Assembly: GCF_006345805.1 (NCBI RefSeq)
Contig: NC_043006.1
Span: 12,276,001-12,340,000 of the forward strand
DNA length: 64,000 bases
From: Octopus sinensis
Lineage: Eukaryota
Direction: 5' to 3'
Shown: positions 52,383 to 64,000 of the stretch, in pieces
Numbering within the stretch: the first letter of the stretch is position 1
How the letters are laid out: each line of letters starts with the position of its first letter
Translations under genes and position numbers: made by a program
Notes under the pieces: generated by a model
The model's database searches: none
What the model saw: only the letters and a program-made list of their open reading frames with translations
Told to the model about the DNA's origin: nothing

Positions 52383-53049
52383 TATCTATCTATTTATCTG
52401 TCTGTCAATCTCCCTTACTGTCTTTCTCTGTCTATTTCCTTATGTCTGTCACGCTCTCTCTCTGTCTCCCTCTCCTTTCCACCTCTCTCTCCCTCTGTCT
52501 GTCTTTGTCCCTCTCTTCGTGCATAACGGAAGAGAATGATGCCGCTTTCATTTGCGCTTCATGCCCGAATGCGGATTCAAGAAATTTGTATAAACGTTTC
52601 ATTTCTGTCCACATCTATGTCTCAAAGTTCTCTGATTTATTTTTGTCTGGGACCCAAGAATCTAAACAAGTACCTAAACACCGAATCTTCCCGAACGGCA
52701 AGTTTTCTTTTTCCACAGAGCCAAAGCTGTTCAAAGCAAAATCAGGGGTCGATTTCGCCGGATATTAGGTTGGGCGGAGCTAACTCAGAAAGGTTCAGAC
52801 CAAATCCTCCAAATCATCTTGTGGAACATTTTATTAAGTTTACCAATGCTGTGTTATTAGTCTGGCACGTTGTTTTATCGATCCTTCGATCGAGAAACAC
52901 AAACTTGAACAAAGGTGGATTTGAATGGAGAACGAAAAGAATTGGTACGGCAATGCATTTTGAACGGCGCTCAACATATTCTGCTAACCGAATAGTGAAA
53001 TACCAACTCTAGGCCAGGTCAAGTTCTGGCAATCTTAAAAACCAATACG

Positions 53050-53410
53050 ACCATCACCATCATCGTCGACAACGACGACATGGTCTTGATCATTATTGTC
53101 CGCGTGACCATCGTCTTCATCGTCGTCGTCGTCGTCGTCGTCCTCCTCCTCCTCATCATCATCACCACTACCTTTAGTATCACCACAGCCACCAACATTA
53201 CCACCATCTTCTCTTCCTCTTCCTACAACTCTTGCTCTTGCTCCTGCTGCTCTAAATAACACCATCATCATCGTCATCACCACCACCTCCACCAACATCA
53301 TCATCACCACCACCATCACCACCACTACCACCATCATCATCATCATTATCACCATCATCTTCATCATCAACAGCATCATCATCAACACAACCACCACCAC
53401 CACCACCATC

Positions 53411-53444
<34 letters not shown>

Positions 53445-53860
53445 TCATCATCGTCATCGTCATCATCATCATCACCACTATCACCACCACCACCACCACC
53501 ACCACCATCAACATCATCATCGTCATCACCATCATCACCATCATCATCATCACCACCATCATCATCATTATCGTCGTCGTCATCATTATCATTATCATCA
53601 CCATCATCAACATCATCACCATCATCACCGCCACCACCACCACCACCACCACCACCATCATCATCATCGTCATCACCATCATCACCATCATCATCATCAC
53701 CACCATCATCATCATTATCGTCGTCGTCATCCTTATCATTATCATCACCATCATCACCATCATCACCGCCACCACCACCACCACCACCACCACCACCACC
53801 ATCATCATCATCGTCATCATCATAATCATCATTATCACCATTAGCACCGTCGCTACCGTC
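53050..53860. repeat. (CAT)n/(CAC)n compound array with internal higher-order duplication
   Basis: Directly visible; a block of about 130 bp containing ATTATCGTCGTCGTCATC recurs at about 53490-53620 and 53630-53760. Confidence 0.92.
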
Positions 53861-54339
53861 GTCACGGTAACGACGATCGTCATTACCACTTAAAAGTCTC
53901 TAATGCATTACACGAGATACGCGATCAGTGTAAAATATCTTTTACCCAACCAACAAGTTTTTATTACTAAATGATTCCTGGTTCTCAGTTACAATCAGAT
54001 CAGTTTAGATATCGATCACTTCTAAATAGCGTTTGTTGTCGTGGCAATTGGTTTTGTTTTTGTTCTGCTTTTTTTTGTTTTTTTTTTTAATATTCTTGTT
54101 AATTCCAGGTAAGCACCGGTCAAGCATACCTTGGAAAAAGGATTCAAGTCACGTGCATCGCATCTTCTTTTCGACATCTACGACTACATTATCCGAAAGG
54201 ATCTCTGCTATATATGTGTCAAGGTATGGTTTCAGTAGAATCTGGCTGCTATTTCTAGCGGCTACAATCGAGTTCTTTCATTGTCTCGCATCTGTCTTTA
54301 TATTTCTGCTGATGTAACTGAACTTACGTATAATGACTT

Positions 54340-54680
54340 GGATTTGTGGTACGAAGCTTGCTTCCTCCCAAACCACATTGTTCCATTGTTCCGGGTTCAG
54401 TCCCACTCTGTGACAGCCTAGACAGGTGTTTCCTACTATAGCCTTGGGCCGAAAAAAACCTTTTGTACAGATTTGGTAGATTTGATAGACGGAAACTGAA
54501 AGAAGACCATCATATACATATATATATGTGTGTGTATGTGTGTGTGTGATTGTGTGTGTGTGTGTGTGTCTGTGTTTGTGCTCCCACCACCGATTGACAG
54601 CCTGTGTTGGTATGTTCATAGAATAAGTACCAGGTATAAAAAATTACTGAGGTCGAGTCATTCGACTAAAATTGTTCCAA
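54340..54680 (+). mobile_element. Old, diverged SINE family B copy
   Basis: CCGGGTTCAGTCCCAC...GACGGAAACTGAAAGAAG...(TG)n...GAATAAGTACC. Confidence 0.75.
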
Positions 54681-54690
54681 CCGGTGTGTA

Positions 54691-55075
54691 GAGTAGTGGC
54701 TGTGTGGTAAGTAGCTTGCTTACCGACCACATGGTTCCGGGTTCATTCCCACTGCGTGGCACCTTGGACAACTATCTTCTACTATAGACTCGGGCCGACC
54801 AAAGCCTTGTGAGTGGATTTGGTAGACGGAAACTGAAAGAAGCCCATCGTATATATGTATGTGTGTGTATATGTTTGTGTGTCCGTGTTTGTTCCCCAAC
54901 ATCGCTTGGCAACCGATGTTGGTGTGTTTACGTCCCCGTAACTTAGCGGTTCTGCAAAAGCGACCGATAGAACAAGTACTAGGCTTACAAAGAATAAGTC
55001 CTGGGATCGATCTGTTCGACGAAAGGCGGTGCTCCAGCATGGCCGCAGCCAATTGAATGAAACAAGTGAAAGAGT
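54691..55075 (+). mobile_element. SINE family B, full length, directly behind the previous copy
   Basis: Family B sequence. Confidence 0.9.
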
Positions 55076-55380
55076 ATATATATATACATATATATATATT
55101 GATGAGAAGGCGACATAATGCACTCCTTATTCCTTCGAAATTAGGAATATGCAGCCTTCGAAACATATGTCGAAAATAAAGGAATTTTGTTAATTCGTCG
55201 TTCAACTCCATTCTTTCATTTATTTGTATTTAAAAAAACACACAAATTTCCACACGATAGCACGTGATCTCTACCCTAGGCATGTAGCTTCAACCGTGTT
55301 TTTTCTGATGTGAATTTGCTACCCAGTATCGGTTAACCGAATTATCCATAATAAGATAATTCATTCAACTACTATATATA

Positions 55381-55437
<57 letters not shown>

Positions 55438-55791
55438 GTGAAATAGAAAGATGAATAATCTTGTAGTAGATTAATCAAAAGTTTAACCGATACCTTAGTA
55501 GCAAAAATCACAGCAGTAAACAGCACGGTTGGAGGTACAACCATATGGTGTTGCAACCGTGCGTTGGTGCGGATAATTGAAATTAAAATATTATTGGTGA
55601 ATTGAAGAAATGGAGCTGAACGCAGAGAAAGACACAATATGGTCCCATTATTCAATCGGATTTTGGTAAATTGTGCCTTTCGAAACACGTGTAGAATGAA
55701 ATAAAACGATTTCTGTTCAATCTGCGTTCAGCTCCATTTCTTCAATTCACCAAATATATATATAATATATATATGTATGTATGTATGTATG

Positions 55792-55891
<100 letters not shown>

Positions 55892-56414
55892 TTACATATA
55901 CGTATGTGTGTTTGTGTGAAATTTGAGAATATGAGTATAATCCACGCACTTACCACATGAGCATTTTATGCAAGAACCTGTCTAACATAGTATTCGGCTA
56001 ACCAATAGATAATTAGTTATACTTTGGTTAATTATGAAAGCATTGCCTCGCTAATGCAAGTAATGTATATTAAGTCGGGCTGTTGTAATTCTTACAGGGT
56101 CAATAATGATTACTGAGAAATAATCCACTGTTACGTTTGTGTCTCTGAACAAATGATATTTACTTCATACTACATACGAAGTTAAGTAATTCATGCAAAA
56201 AAAAAAAAATTAGTCCTGATTCACGTCTTCAGGTATTTGGTTTCAATGATCATTAGTATATGAATTAAACCTGCAGTGCAGGATGAAACTCTTCGCTTCG
56301 TGGGGGTGTCAACAATAAGGTAAATTGAGAAAATGTAAGTATAATTTCATTCTGTTAACTCCCTAGTATATTATACGTCAGACAAGCTACAAAGGAATGA
56401 ATCAAAATAAAGGT

Positions 56415-56560
56415 AGTTAGTTAGTTAATTTTTTGGCTCAAAAAGCAAAAAGCGAGGCCATGTAGGGGGACATGGAGTTATGTACAGGGTGGTGTTCATG
56501 TTAGGAGGTCAGGCCATTTGTGGTTAAGGGAGACTTTGAACCGAGCGGTCGTCAACCCTA
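56415..56560 (-). mobile_element. CR1-type LINE extreme 3' end with (TAAC)n tail
   Basis: Minus strand LTTARFKVSLNHKWPDLLT*, a short UTR, then TAACTAACTAAC. Confidence 0.45.
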
Positions 56561-56836
56561 CTATGGTTGGAAACATCTTTCTCTCAGCGATATCTCAGAT
56601 AGCAATACGTAATATGATCCGTCTTGCGACATCTGTCACATTAGTAGGCAAACCCAAACGGAATGCAATTAAAGGCGGTTAAGATGAGGACAATGACAAA
56701 ACAGATGGATAGAGATTCCGGTACACTAAGCTCCAACACATTTCACAAATCTCATTCTCTCTCTCTCTCCCTCTCTCCCTCGTTTCCTCCCGTCATACAT
56801 ACATATATACATACATACACACACACATATATATAT

Positions 56837-56869
<33 letters not shown>

Positions 56870-57609
56870 CACACATATATATACACACACACACACACAA
56901 CACACACACACACACACACATATATATTATATATAATATATATATATGTATATATGTATATATGTATGTATGTATGTATGAATGTATATATAACGGGAGG
57001 AAACGATATATATACTTACTGACACGCACATCCATATATTTACACACACAAATACAATATATACACATACGCAAGTATGCATCCGTATATACAAATGCTA
57101 AACACTCACGCACACACACGCACACATATTTATATATACATATGCATATATATATATATATATACAAATATTTATTCGTATAATTACATTTAAAGATATC
57201 TGTACATATATTTATAAACATACACGTTTTTATCTATATAGACGTGCACATGAACTCATACATAGTGCTTATATACACTCCTATAAACGCAAACACGGAC
57301 AAACTCTGAATTGATTGTTATTGTAGTACACATACGCAGTTAAATCCCTTGCAACACAGACATATGAGTGCACAGCTTTCATATAAATCTATTTTCACAC
57401 ACATATACATATATTTTTCCAAATATTACCATTGATACCCATACCTATGAGAACATAATCATTACTATATATATACATATATTGCTCCGCGTAGTATTAA
57501 GTGAAGCAGTTCAGATGTTGAAATATAGCAGTACTTAATCATTTTCACATGGCAAATCCAGAAGTTAAGTTAATGGTTAATAAAAAGTGTGCATATTGTG
57601 TTCAGATGC

Positions 57610-57674
<65 letters not shown>

Positions 57675-57765
57675 ATACATGCATCTGAACACAATATACA
57701 CACTTTATATTGGTAAAACGGTAAGATAACAAAAGAAAGAAAGAGACCTCAATATTATGTAACCG

Positions 57766-57827
57766 AAGATAACCGAAGAGATGTCGTGGATTCCCACTTC
57801 GGCATCTGAAACTCAGAGTTTTATCTT
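57766..57827 (+). ncRNA. Hammerhead-like motif with a U4C core variant
   Basis: Stem I AAGATAA/TTATCTT (7 bp); CCGAAGA; stem II GATGTCG/CGGCATC; T-GAAA; stem III ACTCAGAGT; GUU site. Confidence 0.65.
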
Positions 57828-57874
57828 GACTATCGAATAATGTAACATATTATTGTATATATATATATATATAT

Positions 57875-57913
<39 letters not shown>

Positions 57914-57928
57914 AATATATATATATAT

Positions 57929-57987
<59 letters not shown>

Positions 57988-58341
57988 TATAGATAGATAT
58001 AGATATAATATAGATATAGGCATAGATATAGACAGATAGTTATTATATATTATATATACATAACTGAATAAACGTATTTACAAACGTTTTACAATGATGA
58101 CAGTATCAAAAAAAAAAAAGAAAAAAGGACTAATACAACAATTCAACTGTTAATACATATAAGGCAGTCTGTTCCTAGGAATAATAAAAAAGATACACTC
58201 CGAATTGCAAGATGAAGTGCAAGTTTCTTAGTAAACAGTAAAAACATAGCTTGCATATCCTGATAGAAAGGCACATCTATATACCAGTGCACCAAGTTTA
58301 CAGCTGGGAAACATATATGCCCGATACTATTATTAATTAGT

Positions 58342-58757
58342 TACTCTTTTACTCTTTTACTTGTTTCAGTCATTTGACTGCGGCCATGCTGGAGCACCGC
58401 CTTTAGTCGAGCAAATCGACCCGGGACTTATTCTTTGTAAGCCCAGTACTTATTTTATCGGTCTCTTTTGCCGAACCGCTAAGTGACGGGGACGTAAACA
58501 CACCACAATCGGTTGTCAAACAATGCTAGGAGGACAAACACAGACACACACACACACACACATACATACACATATATATATATATATATACATACGACAG
58601 GCTTCTTTCAGTTTCCGTCTACCAAATCCACTCACAAGGCATTGGTCGGCCCGGGGCTATAGCAGAAGGCACTTGCCCAAGATGCCACGTAGTGGGACTG
58701 AACCCGGAACCATGTGGTTGGTTAGCAAGCTACTTACCACACAGCCACTCCTGCGCC
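58342..58757 (-). mobile_element. SINE family B, full length
   Basis: Family B sequence. Confidence 0.92.
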
Positions 58758-59403
58758 TAGTATATATTTCGTGAAGCGAATAAATAGTTAAATAGAGAAA
58801 CTTTAATCAACCGCCCAAATTAAACCTAATATCAGTACTAGGTAAGATAAATAAGCAAATTCGTTAAGAGGCATTATATAGAAATGTTCTCTATAAAATG
58901 CGGGCATCTAATAATACTCTCATCAAATCTTTTTATGATGATACCCCTGCTGTTCATTTTAGCAAGCACCTCAGTACTGCACAATGTGTAATAGCCGCCA
59001 GATCTCATATATCGCATGGCGTACCTAACAATCGACCAAGAGATCGAATATTCCTTACTTGTTGCTTAGATACTGCCGAGTGGTTACTTTTAATCTCTGT
59101 CCTAAAATTATGCAAATGATTGCATAATCTAACCTTAAAGTTCTCTGGAGACGCGTCGCTGTAATTATATCCCGTTCAGGACGTAGACCGTACACATTAC
59201 ATTATCGATAAGATACTTATTTTCCATGAGGCATTCAACCGATCTCCTACAATTACACATGCGAAAGTCTCTCGCTGATGCACTGTACCTAAGATTAGTG
59301 GAATAGTGTTGTTGTCCATACGCCTAGATATGTTATTAGTATTTAAATCAGAGCAATGTTCACTTGTTCTAACCATTCGATTGTTGTCACACACTATGCT
59401 TAC

Positions 59404-59520
59404 CCGTTGGTAAATTAGAGTTACTACACAAGAATGCTGTAACTCCTTCATTTTTGCAATCAACAATAGTGTTCATAATGTAGATATTACTTCTACTATT
59501 CCCATATCTCCAACAATTTC
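59404..59520 (-). CDS. Candidate Cys-containing internal exon (phase 1 to 1)
   Basis: tttgtgctaattag|GA AAT TGT TGG...CCA ACG G|gtaagc; 117 nt; open frame NCWRYGNSRSNIYIMNTIVDCKNEGVTAFLCSNSNLPT. Cys spacing loosely recalls the C-terminal half of a C-type lectin fold (inference). Confidence 0.3.
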
Positions 59521-60434
59521 CTAATTAGCACAAATGTAGTTAAATTAGTGATCAAATCAATAAAGGCTGATTAGGTGTGATAATTTAATGCAAATATTTA
59601 GCAACTTTATTATCCACATTGTTACTTATACCCTCCAAGTCTAAATTCACGGTGCTCGAATTAGGATCACAATTAGAAATATTGTGCTACTCTATATCAT
59701 TCGTAAATAAATTACCCAATTTTCTCTTATTAATAGCAGCTGTGTAATTAGCAGCATTTGGATAGTAGAATACGAAATTTTAATTGTGTACTTGTTAAAT
59801 ATCTTCCCGTGTCTATTTCATGTAAGGGGGTTTCTATCCAGGGACGTAAAATATGTTAGGTAATTTAGTCTCTATGTAGGAGGTATTTTATTTATCTTAA
59901 TCTGAAATAAGTGCTTTATGTATTGTCTGACAGATAATATATTAGGGAGTTGACACAATGAGAAATTATATACATTTCGTCACTTTGTCTTGATGATGAC
60001 ACGCTTATGAAGAGGTGAAAATTCAACGCCCACAGCAGGTTTATTCCATACATTAATTGTGATTGAAAGGTGTCTAAGGATGTGAATGAACGCATTTATT
60101 ATGCGAATTGTATAACTTCGTACGTAATATGAAATAAATGACGTTCATTATCCGAAAGTGCGTAACATTGAATTGGCTTCTATTTTCCTGAATTGATATA
60201 ATTACACAACGCACACACACAGACATACACACACACACACACAATTTATTCATTCAGGAATAGCGGTCAATTTGTTCAACGAAAAATCTCCGAGGTGGCA
60301 CTCCAGCAAATTATATACATAAATAAACATATACGCCTCTATGTGTGCATATGTGTGTATATGCAGAAATAGATAGACAGAGAGATACACTGAAAAACAG
60401 GCAGATAGGCAGACAGACAAATGGACATACACAC

Positions 60435-60435
<1 letters not shown>

Positions 60436-60518
<83 letters not shown>

Positions 60519-60524
60519 GGATTT

Positions 60525-60590
<66 letters not shown>
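60436..60590. repeat. (TAGA)n microsatellite
   Basis: Directly visible. Confidence 0.95.
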
Positions 60591-60591
<1 letters not shown>

Positions 60592-60910
60592 CACGCAGTA
60601 TACCAAATATATAGACTTATATATACGAATTTATCTTCATAAACTGCATGCATTCAAACATTAGTATATTAAGAAAATTTCTATAAAGTTTTATTGCGAT
60701 GATCACGGATTCATTGGGATTTCAAGATCCTTTGCCTTTCATATTGCATGTTCACTTAACTAATACTACGTTCAGTCCCGCGAAGTGGTGAATCATTTAT
60801 AAATAATCGAAAACGCTGCCATCTTCCATTAGCTTGGCAATCGTTTTCAGTATTTGATTGAATATGTTAACATACAAAATATTTTTTGTCTTCAAATATT
60901 TTTTGACATA

Positions 60911-61322
60911 GGCGCAGGAGTGGCTGTGTGTTAAGTAGCTTGCTTACCAGCCACATGGTTCCAGGTTCGGGCCCACTGCGTGGCACCTTGGGCAAGTGTC
61001 TTCTACTATAGCCGCGGGCGACCAAAGCCTTGTGAGTGGATTTGGTAGACGGAAACTGGAAGAAGCCCGTCGTATATACGTATATATATGTGTGTGTATG
61101 TGTATATGTTTGTGTGTCTGTGTCTGTCCCCCCCCATCATCACTTGACAACCGATGCTGGTGTGTTTACGTCCCCGTCACTTACCGGTTCGGCAAAAGAC
61201 ACCGATAGAACAAGTACTAGGCTTACAAAGAATAAGTCCTGGGGTCGATTTGTTCGACTAAAAGCAGTGGTCCAGCATGGCTACAGTCAAATGACTGAAA
61301 CAAGTAAAAGAATAAAAGAATA
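60911..61322 (+). mobile_element. SINE family B, full length
   Basis: GGCGCAGGAGTGGCTGTGTGTTAAGTAGC ... ATGACTGAAACAAGTAAAAGAATAAAAGAA. Confidence 0.92.
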
Positions 61323-62821
61323 AACACAGTCGAGATGGGGGAACTGGGAATGACAATACACAAGTATGAACCATTGCTTTCCCGAGTTCGATCTCACACA
61401 CTTCAGTATTGATAAAAAGAAAAAAAAAGAGAGAGAGAGAGAAAATACTCCGTTTCGCTATTTTATTTGGCTGAATGCTTGGCATAATATTTTAGCTCTC
61501 ATTATCTTGACTTACAATTGGAATATTTCCCAGACAATTCTTTGAAAAAAATTTATCTGTGATTAAAGGAACAATAAAATAAGAGAGATGGACAGACAAG
61601 TCTTTAAATTGCTTCACGCTGCAGGAACTAAAATAATCGCATTATATATATTACCCCCACCCAACCCCACACACTGAGGCTGACACACACATACATATGA
61701 GTTCACGTATATATATGTATGTATGTATGTATCCATGTATGTATGTATGTATGTATGTATGTATGTATGTATGTATATATATCATGCATACATTCATATA
61801 TATATATATATATATATATGTATTCATGCATGTATATATGTATACACACATGCATACATTCATACATATACACATACATATACACACACACATATATATA
61901 TATTTATACATATAGATATGTATATGTACACATACTTATACATAAATATATATACATATATATAAATATGTATGTCGGTATGTATGTGAGTATGTTTGGA
62001 GATATGTATAATTAAATGAATCACGAAATAATTCCTTTTGCGTAAATATTTAATCGCTACAGTGTTCTTGAAACAACGATGACAATTTTCCATATAATAT
62101 AATGAAGCTCTGGAAAAAAAAAACAAACAGTAATTTAAAAAAGAAAAAAGCTAGAAAAATATTATAGATTTATTTAGTTTGCTAGTTATGATTATAGCCT
62201 CTACTTCGTCTATCGTATGAACAGATTTACTTCATTGTTTCTTTATTCAACTTATTCTACAATGACAGATTGTAAATAACGAATATTATTTTCTTTTCAC
62301 GTTCATTGCTCCGAATAATAGAAAGCATTCGCTGTAAATCTCGAGTGGTATTCGCATTTCTGTTTTCATGTTTCCTTTTATAACAATAAAAAGAATTGTT
62401 GATGCTCTGCCAAGCTGAAAACGTTATCCTCAGAGATTTTGGATTAGCACTAGCATCTTTTGTGGCAATGAGCTGAAATCTCAACGTTGGTATAACAATT
62501 CCATTGTTTATTCTTACAAGGGATTTCCTTCTACATCATTTATTATATTCGATGATAAAATAAGTAGCTATACATGCAGTTGGACATGTTTGGAGTTTAT
62601 CGATGTAAGTAGTCATTTATTATTTATTAGAGCAAGCTTTAGTACAATAATACGTCCGAAAAATATTTTATGCTCTCTTCTTTTATTCTTATATCCTGCT
62701 TCAGGCACGCCTGAAGCCTTGAGGTTTTCCGTTGACAAATCAATCCCAGTCTGCCATGTTGTCGCGCAGCTAGGTTATGGGGACTTAGACAAAACAAAGC
62801 CAGTTGCCAATAAGTGTTAAG

Positions 62822-62856
<35 letters not shown>

Positions 62857-62947
62857 TCAGACGCCATGATAGATCGTTAGCCACTACACACATTTTTTTC
62901 TTTACTTTTTTTCTCTCCTTATTTCTCTCCTTTTTTTCCTGTGTCCC

Positions 62948-62981
62948 TTTCTGTAGAAGAGCCTAGGCTCGAAACGTAAAA
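62948..62981 (+). ncRNA. Hammerhead-like motif with an A6U core variant
   Basis: TTT-CTGTAGA-A-GAGC-CTAG-GCTC-GAAA-CG-TA-AAA; same layout as 15966-16000; AAACGTAA is duplicated downstream. Confidence 0.6.
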
Positions 62982-63100
62982 AACGTAAAAGACTTTTTCT
63001 ATTTTCAATTATTTTCTATTATACTAATACATCTGTTTGTTTTCTACACCACCTGTCTTCGTCTCTTGTTTTTTTTTGTGAACTGTCCCTATATATATTT

Positions 63101-63325
63101 TTTTTTATTGCCCACAGGGGCAAACACAGAGTGGACAAACAAGGACAGAGAAATGGATTAAGTCGATTACATCAACCTCAGTGCGTAACTGGTACTTATT
63201 TAATCGACCCCGAAAGGATGAAAGGCAAAGTCGACCTCGGCGGAATTTGAACTCAGAACGTAACGGCAGACCAAATACTGCTAAGCATTTCACCCGGCGT
63301 GCTAACGACTCTGCCAGCTCGCCGC
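63101..63325 (-). mobile_element. SINE family A, full length
   Basis: Family A sequence. Confidence 0.9.
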
Positions 63326-64000
63326 GCGTGTATGTATATATGTACGTACGTATGTATGTATGCATATTGTACTGTTTGCATCGTTGTGGAATCATCAAAA
63401 AATGTTCAATGCATTCAGAAAGAAGGACATAACGAAAACTAAAGTTTTATGCAAGACACTCAATTTTTTTCTTGCATTCCTCACATCTTGTGTTTAACTC
63501 CTGCATGTATTAAATGATACGTCTCTGTCTCTCCCCCACCGTCTCTCTCTGGAAGACACTTACACAACCCACCTGAGCAACAGGACCCGACTCGAAGGAA
63601 CATGGTTGCGAAGGAAGGTTTTCAACAGCGCTGTTGAATTGAATTCGCTGAGAAGTTTATTGAGAAATAAATAAACATCATTAGTTTATTTGTGAGTAAA
63701 ATATTGCCTATATTCTTTAGTAGGTTGAGTACTTGTTTAACTACAGGTGGGATTCGATGAGTAGCTCTATGACGAAAAGCATTCATTCAAAGGCTATCTC
63801 GTTGAATATTTGAATAATTAGATACTCTTCACTTTATGAAGCTAGGTGGTCTTCTCCGAGACTTTATTGTGGGGTTTGAGACATTAATTTCTCTTAGGTT
63901 GATCGATAACACATTTATTCACAAACATCGTAATATTCATACCCCTAAATATAAATATAAACAAAATAAATGCGCCCTTTTTAAAGCCTAGCCAGACTCA

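Noticed and set aside
58253-58320. CTGATAGA...GGGAAACATATATGC hammerhead-like arrangement
   Set aside because: Extra base in the core, non-palindromic stem III and offset stem I; too degenerate to call.

Overview
AT-rich eukaryotic DNA dense in microsatellites and interspersed repeats, with a 100-N assembly gap at 25066-25165. The SINE families look like those of Octopus or another coleoid cephalopod (recognised from memory, not by a search). None of the ORFs in the supplied track is a credible intact gene; most are simple-repeat read-throughs or pieces of decayed transposons. No host gene could be identified firmly, only a few low-confidence candidate exons, so the window is probably intronic or intergenic. 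Supported content: three tRNA-headed SINE families (called A, B, C here; about 25 copies, several with TSDs); a decayed Penelope-like element (RT YLDD plus GIY-YIG); restriction-like-endonuclease (R4/Dong-type) LINE 3' ends nested in (TAA)n arrays; RTE, CR1/L2 and L1/Tx1 fragments; a mariner remnant; and several MITEs. The most notable signal is a dispersed set of minimal type I hammerhead-ribozyme motifs: two with the full core and all stems (9129-9188, 15966-16000), two with the full core but one weakened stem, three with core substitutions, and several remnants. They sit in short modules that abut (TA)n tracts and often carry inverted repeats, consistent with several non-autonomous Penelope-derived or retrozyme-like families that insert into (TA)n. 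Ribozyme folds were derived by eye; activity is untested.
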